A DNA stretch of 64,000 nucleotides, from contig CAVVJT010000002.1 of NCBI GenBank assembly GCA_963748625.1, positions 128,001 to 192,000 on the forward strand. The letters are read 5' to 3'. A program made the position numbers and the translations under genes. The DNA comes from an uncultured Chloroflexia bacterium. GTDB taxonomy: Bacteria; Chloroflexota; Limnocylindria; Limnocylindrales; CSP1-4. Numbering within the stretch: position 1 is the stretch's first letter; each line of letters opens with the position of its first letter. Below, piece after piece: positions 48,565-58,989 of this stretch. The notes under the pieces were generated by a model that ran no database searches, was not told where the DNA came from, and saw nothing but the letters and a program-made list of their open reading frames with translations.

Positions 48565-49617
48565 TTGAAACTCAACGCAGCTGGGCGATGGGTCGCCATC
48601 GTCGGCACTGCAGCGATCGTGCTGTCCGCATGCGGCAGCTCGGCGGCCAGCCCTTCCGCAGCCGCCCCGGCCACCGCGGCCCCGGCCGCAGACGTGGCCG
48701 TCGGCTATCTGCCCAAGGACATCGTCAACCAGTACTTCGCCGCCGCCAAGACCGGCGTCGACAAGGCAGCCGCTGAGCTGGGTGGCACCGTCACCCAGGT
48801 CGGGCCGAACGAGGCCAAGGCCGACCTCCAGATCCCGTTCATCACCGACCTCACCACCCAGGGCGTCGACGCGATCATCATCTCCGCCGACGGCAAGGAC
48901 GAGGTCGCCCCTGCTCTCAAGGAGGCCATGGCCGCCGGCATCAAGGTCGTCGGCTTCGACTCCAGCCCGGCCGTCGGCGCCTATGACGTCTTCGTCAACC
49001 AGGTGGACTTCAGCGGCGTCGGCGTGAACCTCGCCGATTGGGCCTGCGAGCTCGCTCCGGACTGCAAGGGCCAGATCGCCGTCCTCTCCGCGGCCGCCAC
49101 GGCGACCAACCAGAACGAGTGGATCGCGCTCATGCAGGAGACGCTCAAGGACGCCAAGTACGCGGGCCTCGAGCTCGTCGAGGTCGTCTACGGCGACGAC
49201 GACGCCACCAAGAGCACCCAGCAGGCGCAGGCGCTCCTGACCAAGTACCCGGACCTCAAGGTCATCGTGGCCCCGACCACCGTCGGCATCCTCGCGGCGG
49301 CGCAGGTCGTCTCGCAGGAGGGCAAGTCGGACAGCGTCAAGGTCACCGGCCTGGGCTTCCCCAACGACATGAAGCCCTTCGTCAAGGACGGCACCTCTCC
49401 GGTCTTCGGCCTGTGGAGCGTCCCGGACTTGGGCTACCTCTCCTACACCATCGCCGACAAGCTCATCAAGGGCGAGATCACGGGCAAGGAAGGCGAGACC
49501 TTCACCGTGAAGGGCCTCAATGGCGACCAGCCGTACACGATCGGCAAGGACAGCGTCGTCATCCTCGGGCCGGCGTTCCGGTTCGACTCCACCAATGTGG
49601 AGCAGTTCGACTTCTAG
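48565..49617 (+). CDS. rhaS: L-rhamnose ABC transporter substrate-binding lipoprotein
   Basis: Lipobox LSAC; LPK..N.YF, ATATNQNEWI, APTTVGI and LW..DLGY. Confidence 0.92.
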   Translation: MKLNAAGRWVAIVGTAAIVLSACGSSAASPSAAAPATAAPAADVAVGYLPKDIVNQYFAAAKTGVDKAAAELGGTVTQVGPNEAKADLQIPFITDLTTQGVDAIIISADGKDEVAPALKEAMAAGIKVVGFDSSPAVGAYDVFVNQVDFSGVGVNLADWACELAPDCKGQIAVLSAAATATNQNEWIALMQETLKDAKYAGLELVEVVYGDDDATKSTQQAQALLTKYPDLKVIVAPTTVGILAAAQVVSQEGKSDSVKVTGLGFPNDMKPFVKDGTSPVFGLWSVPDLGYLSYTIADKLIKGEITGKEGETFTVKGLNGDQPYTIGKDSVVILGPAFRFDSTNVEQFDF

Positions 49618-49630
49618 CTCTCTCTCCTCC

Positions 49631-49661
49631 CCGGGTCCCGGCGGTCCCCGCCGGGACCCGG
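49631..49661 (+). terminator. intra-operon hairpin after rhaS
   Basis: Perfect 14-bp stem CCGGGTCCCGGCGG-TCC-CCGCCGGGACCCGG with no U-tract. Confidence 0.6.
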
Positions 49662-49684
49662 TCAACACTCGCCGGAGCGAACCC

Positions 49685-49840
49685 ATGGAACGCGTGGCCT
49701 TCACGATGCGGCTCCTCCCGGGAGCTGAGGCCGAGTACAGGCGCCGACACGCCGACGTGTGGCCGGAGATGCTTCAAGCCCTGCGCGAGGGCGGGGTCTC
49801 CGACTACCGCAGGCTCGAGGAGGTCTTCCACCTTGACTGA
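49685..49840 (+). pseudogene. rhaM: L-rhamnose mutarotase with in-frame internal deletion (51 aa)
   Basis: EYRRRHADVWPEM...DY is joined directly to RRLEEVFHLD; about half the usual length. Confidence 0.8.
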
Positions 49841-51326
49841 GCGGCAGGGCCTGCGCCTGGCGGCGGTCGACCTCGGTGCCGAGAGCGGCCGGGTCCTCGT
49901 CGGCACGTTCGACGGCGGCCGGCTCTCCCTCGAGGAGGCCCACCGCTTCCCGAACGTCCCCGTCCGGCTGGGTGGCACGCTCCACTGGGACGTCCTGCGC
50001 CTGTGGGGCGACGTCTCGACCGGCTTGCGCAAGGCGGGCGCCACCGGTCCCGTCGCCTCCGTCGCGACCGACACCTGGGGCGTGGACTTCGGCCTGCTCG
50101 ACGCGCGTGGCCGGCTGCTCGCGAACCCGGTCCACTACCGCGACGCGCGCACCGTGGGGATGCCCGAGCAGGCGTTCGCCGTGGTGCCCCGCGACGAGGT
50201 CTACCGCACGACCGGTATCCAGTTCATGGAGCTCAACACCCTCTACCAGCTGCTGGCCATGGCGCGCGCGGGCGATCCGCTGCTGCACCAGGCTGACCGG
50301 CTGCTGCTCATGGCCGACCTGTTCGCCCACTTCCTCTCGGGGTCGTCCGTCGCGGAGTACACGCTCGCCTCAACGAGCCAGGCGCTCGATGCCCGGTCGG
50401 GGGACTGGGCACGGCCGATGCTCGAGCGCCTGGGCATCCCGACGGGGATCCTGCCCGAGATCGTGGCGCCCGGCACGGACGTCGGGGGGCTCGTGCCGGA
50501 CCTCGCCGACGCGCCGGGGCTGGGTGGGACGCGGGTCGTGCTGCCCGGGTCGCACGACACGGCGTCGGCGGTCGTGGGCACGCCGCTCACGTCCCCGTCG
50601 ACCGCGTTCCTCTCGTCGGGCACGTGGTCGCTGATCGGCCTCGAGGTGCCGGAGCCGGTCATCAGCGACGTGACCTTGGCCGCGAACCTCACGAACGAGG
50701 GCGGCGTCGCAGGCACGATCCGCCTGCTGCGCAACGTGGTGGGGCTGTGGCTGGTCCAGGAGAGCCGGCGCGCGCTCTGGCCGGACCGTGAGCCACCGAC
50801 GTACGAGAAGCTCGTCGGGCTCGCGGAGGCGGCACCGTCGTTCACGGCGTTCATCGATCCCGATGACGAGCGGTTCCTGCGGCCGGGCGACCTGCCGGCG
50901 CGCGTCCGCGAGTTCTGCGCGGAGACGGGCCAGCCGGTGCCGCAGGACGCCGGGACGCTGATCCGTGTGCTGCTCGAGAGCCTCGCCCTCCGGTACGCGG
51001 CGGCGGTTGGGCAGCTGTCGGCGGCCGCGGGCCGCCAGATCGACGGCGTCCATGTCGTGGGTGGCGGCTCGAACAACCGCCTCCTGTGCGGGCTCACGGC
51101 CAGCGCGACCGGCCTCCAGGTGAAGGCAGGCCCTGTCGAGGCAACCGCGATCGGCAATCTCGCGGTCCAGGCGATCGCGGCGGGCGAGGTCGCATCCGTG
51201 GCCGAGGCCCGCGATCTCGCGGCCCGCTCCTTCCCCATCACCACCTATGACCCCGTCGGCGACTGGACCGAGGCAAGGGAGCGGTTCGCCGCCGTCTGCG
51301 CCCGTCGAACTGCCGCATCCACCTGA
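49833..51326 (+). CDS. rhaB: rhamnulokinase
   Basis: DLGAESGR, DTWGVDF, YRDART, SHDTASAV, SSGTWSL, TNEGG and GPVEATAIGN. Confidence 0.95.
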   Translation: MTERQGLRLAAVDLGAESGRVLVGTFDGGRLSLEEAHRFPNVPVRLGGTLHWDVLRLWGDVSTGLRKAGATGPVASVATDTWGVDFGLLDARGRLLANPVHYRDARTVGMPEQAFAVVPRDEVYRTTGIQFMELNTLYQLLAMARAGDPLLHQADRLLLMADLFAHFLSGSSVAEYTLASTSQALDARSGDWARPMLERLGIPTGILPEIVAPGTDVGGLVPDLADAPGLGGTRVVLPGSHDTASAVVGTPLTSPSTAFLSSGTWSLIGLEVPEPVISDVTLAANLTNEGGVAGTIRLLRNVVGLWLVQESRRALWPDREPPTYEKLVGLAEAAPSFTAFIDPDDERFLRPGDLPARVREFCAETGQPVPQDAGTLIRVLLESLALRYAAAVGQLSAAAGRQIDGVHVVGGGSNNRLLCGLTASATGLQVKAGPVEATAIGNLAVQAIAAGEVASVAEARDLAARSFPITTYDPVGDWTEARERFAAVCARRTAAST

Positions 51327-51343
51327 GCACGAGGAGTCTCCCC

Positions 51344-52561
51344 ATGGCCGCCATCCCCGCCGTCACCCTGCCCGCGTCGGCTCCCGCGATCGATCGGGTC
51401 GCGTGGGCCGTGGACGGGCTCAACATCGAGATCCCGTCCTGGGGCTTCGTGAACACCGGGACGCGGTTCCGCGTCTTCCCCCAGCAGGGCGTGCCGCGCA
51501 GCGTCTTCGAGAAGCTCGACGACGCGGCGACCGTCAACCGCTACACGGGCATCGCCCGGACGGTGAGCCTCCACATCCCGTGGGACAAGGTGGACGACTG
51601 GGCCGAGCTGAAGGCCCATGCCGACGCTGTCGGCCTCACGTTCGGCGGCATCAACAGCAACACCTTCCAGGACCTCGACTACAAGCTGGGCTCGGTCTGC
51701 CACCCCGACGCGGATGTGCGCGCAAAGGCGGTCGGCGCGATCGTGGAGTGCAACGAGATCGCGTCCGTGCTCGACGCGCAGGCGGTCAAGGTCTGGCTGG
51801 GCGACGGCACCAACTACCCCGGCCAGGACGACCTGCGCAGCCGCCACCGGCGCCTGCTCGCAGGCCTGCGGGAGGCCTATGCGACGCTGCCCGCGGACAC
51901 CCGCATGTATCTCGAGTACAAGTTCTACGAGCCTGCGCTCTACAGCACCGACGTCCAGGACTGGGGGCAGTCGCTCAACGTCACCCGCCACCTGGGCGAC
52001 CGGGCCGGCGTCTGCGTGGATACGGGCCACCACGCCATGGGCGTGAACATCGAGCAGATCGTGGCCCTGCTTCTCGCCGAGGGGAAGCTCTTCGCCTTCG
52101 ACCTCAACGACAAGAAGTACGGCGACGACGACCTCATGGTCGGCTCGATCGACCCGTACCAGCTGTTCCGCATCACGCACGAGCTCGTGAACGCCATGCG
52201 CGACGACGCGGACCCGGTCGCGCAGGCCACGGCGAGCAACACGGCCTACATGCTCGACCAGTGCCACAACATCGAGCCCAAGGTCCCGGCCATGATCCGC
52301 TCGGTCATGAACCTCCAGGAGACGATCGCCAAGGCGCTCCTCGTGGACCGCGAGCGGCTGGTCGCGGCGCAGGCCGCGGGCGACGTCCTCGAGGCGAACT
52401 CGTGCCTGTGGGATGCGTTCAACACCGACGTCCGGCCGCTGCTCTCCGAGCTGCGCGTCGCCCGGGGCCTCGCGGCCGACCCGTACCGCGCCTACCTCGC
52501 CTCGGGTGAGGAGCAGGCGAAGTACGCCGCCCGCGTCGGCGGCACCGCGGCCAGCTGGTAG
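51344..52561 (+). CDS. rhaI: L-rhamnose isomerase (RhaI type)
   Basis: IEIPSWGF.NTGTRF, LHIPWD, EYKFYEP, DTGHH, KYGDDDL and DQCHNIEPK. Confidence 0.94.
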   Translation: MAAIPAVTLPASAPAIDRVAWAVDGLNIEIPSWGFVNTGTRFRVFPQQGVPRSVFEKLDDAATVNRYTGIARTVSLHIPWDKVDDWAELKAHADAVGLTFGGINSNTFQDLDYKLGSVCHPDADVRAKAVGAIVECNEIASVLDAQAVKVWLGDGTNYPGQDDLRSRHRRLLAGLREAYATLPADTRMYLEYKFYEPALYSTDVQDWGQSLNVTRHLGDRAGVCVDTGHHAMGVNIEQIVALLLAEGKLFAFDLNDKKYGDDDLMVGSIDPYQLFRITHELVNAMRDDADPVAQATASNTAYMLDQCHNIEPKVPAMIRSVMNLQETIAKALLVDRERLVAAQAAGDVLEANSCLWDAFNTDVRPLLSELRVARGLAADPYRAYLASGEEQAKYAARVGGTAASW

Positions 52562-52568
52562 ACCCGTC

Positions 52569-53393
52569 GTGCCCCTGACCGCTCCGCTCCCCGAGCTCGA
52601 CGAGATCCTCGCCTCCATGGGCGAGGGCGGCCGCCGCATCGCCCTGATCGACGCGGGCGAGGGCGCCGCGGGCAACATCAGCACCTGTATCGGCTGGCCG
52701 ATCGAGGTCCGCCGCCGGTTCCCCGTGGGCGAGCCGATCGACCTGCCGGTCCCGGCCCCGCACCTCGCGGGCCACACGATCCTGGTCACGGGCTCTGGTC
52801 GGCGCCTGCGTGACATCGCGGCCAATCCGGCCGCCACCACCGGCGCGGTCGTGATCGCCGCCGATGCGGTGTCGGCCACGCTCTGGACCGCGCACGGCCG
52901 CCTGTTCGAGCGGCTCACGTCGGAGTGGAACAGCCACCTCGCGGTCCACGAGGACACGGTCGCCCGGACGGGGACCAACTTCCACGCGGTCGTCCACGCC
53001 CAGCCGCCGCACATCACGTACCTGTCCCACGTCCCGGCCTACCAGGACGAGGCGTACTTCAACGCGCGGGTCATGCGCTGGGAGCCCGAGACCATCGTCC
53101 AGTTGCCCGCGGGCATCGGCGTGCTGCGCTTCATGATCCCCGGGTCGGCAGAGCTCATGGCAGCCAATGTCGAGAGCCTGCGCACCCACCGGATCGACGT
53201 CTGGGGCAAGCACGGCGTCATGGCCCGCAGCGACATCTCGGTCACGCGGGCGGTGGACCGGATCGAGTACGCCGAGGCCGGTGCCCGCTACGAGTACATG
53301 GACCTCGTCGCCGGCGGCCGCGCGGAGCGGATGACCGATGCGGAGCTGCGCTCGGTGGTCGAGGCGTTCGCGATCAGCACGGACCTGGTGTGA
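52569..53393 (+). CDS. rhaD: rhamnulose-1-phosphate aldolase (class II)
   Basis: EGAAGNIS, TSEWNSH, VHAQP and WGKHG. Confidence 0.85.
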   Translation: MPLTAPLPELDEILASMGEGGRRIALIDAGEGAAGNISTCIGWPIEVRRRFPVGEPIDLPVPAPHLAGHTILVTGSGRRLRDIAANPAATTGAVVIAADAVSATLWTAHGRLFERLTSEWNSHLAVHEDTVARTGTNFHAVVHAQPPHITYLSHVPAYQDEAYFNARVMRWEPETIVQLPAGIGVLRFMIPGSAELMAANVESLRTHRIDVWGKHGVMARSDISVTRAVDRIEYAEAGARYEYMDLVAGGRAERMTDAELRSVVEAFAISTDLV

Positions 53394-54604
53394 CGGTGAC
53401 CGACGTCGGCGAGTCGACTCCGCAGCGGCCGGTCGTCAACACCCACGTCCACGTGCCGCCGAACTTCTCGGCGTTCGCCGACGCCGAGGATGTCATCGCG
53501 ACCGCGCGCGCCGAGGGCGCCGCCGTCATCGGCATCTCCAACTTCCACGACCACCGCGTCTACCGGCGGTTCGGTGAGGCTGCAACCGCCGCCGGCATCA
53601 TCCCGGTCTACGGCGTCGAGTTCATCACGGTCGTGGATCACCTTCGTGCGGCTGGGACCCGGATCAACGACCCGGCGAACCCCGGGCGCATGTACCTGTG
53701 CGGGAAGGGCGTCGATCCGTTCAAGGTGCCGACGCCGGTGGCCTCCCGCATCGACGCGGCGGCGCGGGGCGCGAACATCACGCGAGCGGCCCGGATGACA
53801 GCCCTGCTGCGCGAGCGCTTCGGTGCGGCCGGCATCCAGACCGGGCTCGACGACGTGGCGATCACCGCCGACGTGGCCGCCCGGGCCGGCGTGCCGGCGG
53901 ACTGGGTCGTCCTCCAGGAACGGCACCTCGCGATGGCATTCCAGCGGGCACTGTTCGAGGCGGTGCCTCCGGAGCAGCGGGCCGAGCGCCTGGCCGTCGT
54001 GTACGGCGCGACCCCGAAGGCGCCCGTCGACGACGCGGTTGCCGTCCAGGGCGAGATCCGCTCGCAACTCATGAAATCGGGCGGCCCCGCCTTCGTGGAC
54101 GAGTCCGCGCTGACCTTCGAGGAGGGCCGCCGTCTGGTGCTCGAGTGGGATGGCATCCCGTCCTACCCGACCCTGGCCGATGGTGCCAATCCCGTGTGCC
54201 CGTTCGAGGCCGGTCCGACGGACCTCGCCCGGCGGATCCTCGACCTCGGCCTGCACGCCGCGGAGCTCATCCCGGGCCGCAACGAGCCTGGCATGGTGGA
54301 CGCCTACGTGGAGGCGTTCCGATCGGCCGGGATCATCGTCACCGCCGGCACCGAGCACAACACGCTCGACCGCATCCCGCTCGAGCCCGCCGCCAAGGGC
54401 GGCGCCCGCCTGTCGGACATGGCCCGGACCGCCTTCGTTGAGGGGGCCTGCGTAGTCGCCGGTCACCAGGCGGAGCGCGCCGCGGGCCGGCCCGGGTATG
54501 TCGATGCCGATGGCAACCCCGGCCCCGGCGATCGCGAGGCCTCGATCCGGCGGTTCGCGGCGATCGGCGCTGCCCGCATCGAACAGAGGAGTTCCCCCGC
54601 GTGA
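53390..54604 (+). CDS. PHP-domain metallo-phosphoesterase
   Basis: NTHVH, GISNFHD, YGVE and AGTEHN; overlaps both neighbours. Confidence 0.82.
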   Translation: MTVTDVGESTPQRPVVNTHVHVPPNFSAFADAEDVIATARAEGAAVIGISNFHDHRVYRRFGEAATAAGIIPVYGVEFITVVDHLRAAGTRINDPANPGRMYLCGKGVDPFKVPTPVASRIDAAARGANITRAARMTALLRERFGAAGIQTGLDDVAITADVAARAGVPADWVVLQERHLAMAFQRALFEAVPPEQRAERLAVVYGATPKAPVDDAVAVQGEIRSQLMKSGGPAFVDESALTFEEGRRLVLEWDGIPSYPTLADGANPVCPFEAGPTDLARRILDLGLHAAELIPGRNEPGMVDAYVEAFRSAGIIVTAGTEHNTLDRIPLEPAAKGGARLSDMARTAFVEGACVVAGHQAERAAGRPGYVDADGNPGPGDREASIRRFAAIGAARIEQRSSPA

Positions 54605-56631
54605 GCCGCCACCGCGCCCTGCCCGACCCTGATGCCGCTTCGATCGCCGAGCTCATCGACCTGTCCAACCGGTTTGGCGTGGATCCCATGTACTCCCGCG
54701 CGGGCGGGGGCAATGCTTCGGTCAAGGCGGACGGGGTGCTCTGGATCAAGCCGTCGGGCGTGCCGCTGGCGACGCTCACCGCGGGCGATCTCGTCCCGCT
54801 CGACTTGCCGACGCTCCTCGCGGTGCTCGACGACGCCCCGCTGAACGCCGATCCCGACACGGACCCGGTGATGACGGCCGCTGCCGACGCCCGTCTGGAC
54901 GCCGCCAGTGGGCGGCGCCCCAGCGTGGAGCTGCTGTTCCACGCGCTGCTCTCTGAGCGGTATGTGCTCCACACCCACCCGATCGCGGTGAACGCCATCA
55001 CCTGCCACGCCGACGGTGCGGAGCTCGCGGCCCGCCTGTTCGGCGATCGCGTGCTCTGGGTGCCGTACACGGATCCAGGGCTGCCGCTGGCCCGGGCCAT
55101 CCTCGGGGCACGTGCCGCGTACGAGACCCGGGTCGGCCGTCCGGCTCCGGCGATCACCCTGTTGGGCAACCACGGCCTCATCGTCGCTGGGGCGTCCGCG
55201 GCGGCGATCGACGCTGAGACGGCCTGGCTGGCGAGCGTGATCGACGGCGCCCTCCAGGCGGCGCCCGCACCCCGCGAGTGGCAGGCCCCGGCCGATGCCG
55301 AGCTCACGACGGCGGCGATGGCGGTGATCGGCCCGGTGTTGCGCGCGCGGCTCGGGGGTGTGCGGCGCGGGGTCGTGCTGTTCGACGACGATCCGCTGGC
55401 CGCCTCGTTCGCCGGTACCGCTGTCGGGCGTGCCTTCGCTGCGGGGGGCGCGCTCATCCCCGACCACATCGTCTACGCGGGCGTCGTCCCGCTGCTCCTC
55501 GATGTTGCCGGGGTCGCTCCAGACGCGCTGGCCGGCCTTGTCATCGAGCAGCTCGGTGCCTTCGCGGCGGAGCACGGCGACCTCCCGATCGTCGCCCTGG
55601 TTCCGGGCGTCGGCCTGTTCGCCTCCGGCGAGTCCTGGGCCCAGGCCGATACGGCGCGCCACATCGCGCTCGACATGCTGCGGACCGGGGCACTCGCGAT
55701 CCGGCTCGGCGGCGTGCGCCACCTGGCCGGCGCCGAGCGGGGATTCATCGAGCAGTGGGAGGCCGAGGCCTACCGCAAGCAGATCGCCTTGGGCGAGGGG
55801 AGTGGCGGTCGCATCGCGGGGCGCGTCGCCCTGGTCACCGGCGCCGCCCAGGGGTTCGGCCTGGGCATCGCGGAGGGCCTGCTCGCCCACGGCGCCCACG
55901 TCGTCCTCGCCGACCTCAACGTCCCGCTGGCGGAGCGTGAGGCCGCGCGCCTGTGCGCCCAGCACGGGGAGGGACGTGCGATCGCGGTGGCCATGGACGT
56001 CACCGACGAGGCGAGCGTGGCCGCCGGGGTCGCCGAGGTGGTGCGCCGGTTCGGCGGCTTCGACCTGGTCGTCTCCAACGCCGGCGTTCTGCGCGCAGGC
56101 GCCGTCACGGCCCAGCCCGTGGACGAGTTCGACCTGGTCACCCGCGTCAACTACCGCGGCTACTGGCTGGTGGTGAAGCACACCGCGCCCGTCCTCGCCC
56201 TCCAGCACGCGGCCGACGACGCGTGGTGGGGCGACATCGTCGAGATCTCGTCGAAGTCCGGCCTCGTGGGGTCGTCCCGCAACAGCGCGTATGCGGGCTC
56301 CAAGTTCGGCGGCATCGGGCTCACGCAGTCGTTCGCCCTGGAGCTCGTCGGCGACGGGATCAAGGTGAACGCGGTCTGCCCGGGCAACTTCTTCGACGGG
56401 CCGCTCTGGAGCGACCCGGTGAACGGGCTCTTCGTCCAGTACCTGCGCGAGGGCAAGGTGCCGGGCGCGCAGTCCGTGGACGACGTCCGCCGCGCCTACG
56501 AGGCCAAGGTGCCGATGGGCCGCGGCTGCCTGCCTGCCGACATCGTCGAAGCCATCCTCTACCTCGTCGCCCAGCAGTACGAGACCGGCCAGGCCCTGCC
56601 TGTCACGGGCGGCCAGGTGATGCTCTCGTGA
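54601..56631 (+). CDS. class II aldolase domain fused to SrlD-like short-chain dehydrogenase
   Basis: GGGNASVK, PSVE, HTHP and NHG; TGAAQGFG, SKSG..GS..NSAYAGSKFGG and TGGQVM. Confidence 0.88.
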   Translation: MSRHRALPDPDAASIAELIDLSNRFGVDPMYSRAGGGNASVKADGVLWIKPSGVPLATLTAGDLVPLDLPTLLAVLDDAPLNADPDTDPVMTAAADARLDAASGRRPSVELLFHALLSERYVLHTHPIAVNAITCHADGAELAARLFGDRVLWVPYTDPGLPLARAILGARAAYETRVGRPAPAITLLGNHGLIVAGASAAAIDAETAWLASVIDGALQAAPAPREWQAPADAELTTAAMAVIGPVLRARLGGVRRGVVLFDDDPLAASFAGTAVGRAFAAGGALIPDHIVYAGVVPLLLDVAGVAPDALAGLVIEQLGAFAAEHGDLPIVALVPGVGLFASGESWAQADTARHIALDMLRTGALAIRLGGVRHLAGAERGFIEQWEAEAYRKQIALGEGSGGRIAGRVALVTGAAQGFGLGIAEGLLAHGAHVVLADLNVPLAEREAARLCAQHGEGRAIAVAMDVTDEASVAAGVAEVVRRFGGFDLVVSNAGVLRAGAVTAQPVDEFDLVTRVNYRGYWLVVKHTAPVLALQHAADDAWWGDIVEISSKSGLVGSSRNSAYAGSKFGGIGLTQSFALELVGDGIKVNAVCPGNFFDGPLWSDPVNGLFVQYLREGKVPGAQSVDDVRRAYEAKVPMGRGCLPADIVEAILYLVAQQYETGQALPVTGGQVMLS

Positions 56632-56653
56632 GACTCCCCCGAAGGAACGACCA

Positions 56654-58304
56654 GTGACCGAGCTCCCCGCCACGCAGCATGCGATCCAGTTCACCGGGCC
56701 GGGCCTGGTGGTGCACAACGCCGCGAAGTCGGTCCCCGTCCCCGGGCCGACCCAGCTGGTGCTCGCGGTGGAGGCGACCGGGATCTGCTTCTCCGACACG
56801 AAGCTGCTGCACGCCTGGACCTCGCACCCCCGCAAGGGGCCGGTGCTGGGCGGGGTGACGCCCGAGGTGCTTGCCGGGATCCCCTCCTACGTCCCCGGCG
56901 AGGCCCCGATCGTGCCCGGGCACGAGTGCTGTGCGCGGATCGTGGCCGCGGGGCCGTCCGTCGAGCACCACCACGTCGGGGAGCGCGTGCTCGTCCAGAC
57001 CGACTACCGCCACCTGCCCACCGCCAGCTCGAATGCGGCGTTCGGCTACAACTTCGAAGGCGGACTCCAGGAGTACGTGCTGCTCGACGAGCGGATGATC
57101 CTCGACCCGGCCACGGGCGAGCGGTTCCTGATCCCCGTGGAGGAGGGACCGTCCGGCTCCGCGGTGGCGCTGCTGGAGCCGTGGGCGTGTGTCGAGAAGT
57201 CGTACGCGAACCGCGAGCGGCAGGGGCTCCTGCCAGGTGGCGCACTGCTGGTTGTCGTGGACCCGGGGGCGAACCTCGAGGGGCTCGCGGCCCTGGAAGC
57301 GGCCTCGTCCGGCGCTCCGGCCTCGCGGGACATCGTGGGTCCGGCCTCGGATGCGGCCATCGCGGCGCTCGCGGGCCGGCGGTTCGACGACATCGTCTAC
57401 GCCGGCGCATCGGCCGAGCGGATCGAGGCGCTCCAGGAACTGCTGGCCCCGGGCGGCGTGCTGGCGATCGTGACCGGCGGGGCGGCCATCGACCGTCCCG
57501 TTGCCGTGGACGTGGGCCGCGTCCACTACGACCCGATCCGGTTCTGCGGGACCACGGGCACGTCCGTGGCCGAGGCCTACGCGCGCATTCCTGCCGACGG
57601 CGAGCTGCGTGACGGTGATCGCGTGGCGGTCGTGGGCGCTGCAGGGCCGATGGGCTTCATGCACGTGATCCGGGCGGCGACGATGGGGCTTGCCGGGGTC
57701 TCGCTGGCAGCAATCGACATCGACGACGCACGGCTGGCGCACCTGGCCGACGTGGCCGCGCCGCTGGCCGCCGGAGAACGGGGTCGAGGCGACCTTCGTG
57801 AACTCGCGGGTGACGGCGGTCGGGTCCGGGGCCTTCGACTACGTCGGGGTCATGGTCCCGGCGCCCGCGCTCGTGGTGCAGGCGATGGACATGGCGGCGC
57901 CCGGCGCACGACTCAACCTGTTCGCCGGGTTTGCCGTGGGGACGAAGGCGCAGATCGACCTGAACCGCGTCGCGGCCGATGGCCTGTACCTCTTCGGTAC
58001 ATCCGGGTCCGAGATCCGCGACATGGTCGCCGTGCTTGCGCGCCTGGAGGCAGGGCGGCTGGACACGAACGTCTCGCTCGACGCGGTGTGCGGCATGGAG
58101 GGGATCTCCGATGCCCTCGCGGCCGTGGAGGCGCGCACGTCCGGCGGCAAGATCGTGGTCTACCCGCAGCTCCACGACATGGGGATGGTCCGCCTGGCCG
58201 AGCTGCCGGAGCGGTTCCCCGCGGTGGCGGCACTGCTGGACGACGGCCGGTGGACGCGCGCCGCCGAGGAGGCGCTGCTCGCCGAGGCCGGCGCCCAGGG
58301 CTGA
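56654..58304 (+). CDS. Zn-dependent MDR, L-sorbose-1-phosphate reductase-like; frameshift near 57775
   Basis: GICFSD.K, GHE, LLEPWAC and GAAGPMG; continues in the other frame to GKIVVYP. Confidence 0.85.
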
Positions 58305-58380
58305 TCGTCAGGCGACGTGCGCGCGGGCGACGTGTCCGTCCAGGCCGCGGGCGGCGCCTCCCGGGAGTTCCTCCCTGCCA

Positions 58381-58510
58381 GCGGGCACTACGTGCGGAAT
58401 TCCGGACGATCATCCCGCCTGGTGGGCAGCGGCCTGCCCCACTGCCCCGAATTGGCCGCAGCCAACCGCCTGGCGGCACGTGTGCGCAGGACTTCGCACA
58501 CAGGGCCCGG
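58381..58510. repeat. 130-bp imperfect palindromic element (REPIN-like, subfamily A)
   Basis: Same length as 25071-25200 and similar arm sequence. Confidence 0.65.
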
Positions 58511-58634
58511 TGGCCGGTTGACTGAGGCCCCGCGGATCGGCAGTCATGGCTCACCGGGCCCATTGCGTCCGGGCCCTCGGCGAGCAACGATGCAGTCGGA
58601 CAGTCCTTCGGGCCGTCCACGCGGGTGATGCAGC

Positions 58635-58973
58635 ATGGACACCATCTCCGATCTCGAAGCCGGCGCGGCTGAGGCGTTCGACCCGGCCCGGCTGGCCGTG
58701 GGCCTGGGCGCGGCGATGATCGCGATCGCCATCTCGGCGATCGTCCTCTGGGCGCTCTGGAACCACCTGCGGCCGCTGCTTGGAGAGATCCTCGGACCGC
58801 CTGCCCGCAGGCTGGCGATGAAGTGGACGCGGACCATCCACGGCTCCAGCGGGGCCGGCGCCCCCTGGCTGTGCGTGCCCTGCCGCTCGTACAACGACGG
58901 CCGGCACGTGCACTGCTACCGGTGCAAGGCGGCGCGGCCGGAGGTGGAGGGGACCCCACCCGTCATCAACTGA
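58635..58973 (+). CDS. single-TM protein with RanBP2-type zinc finger
   Basis: TM helix then W-x-C-x2-C-x3-N-x6-C-x2-C (WLCVPCRSYNDGRHVHCYRC). Confidence 0.75.
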   Translation: MDTISDLEAGAAEAFDPARLAVGLGAAMIAIAISAIVLWALWNHLRPLLGEILGPPARRLAMKWTRTIHGSSGAGAPWLCVPCRSYNDGRHVHCYRCKAARPEVEGTPPVIN

Positions 58974-58989
58974 CCGGTCCCCTGTTTGT

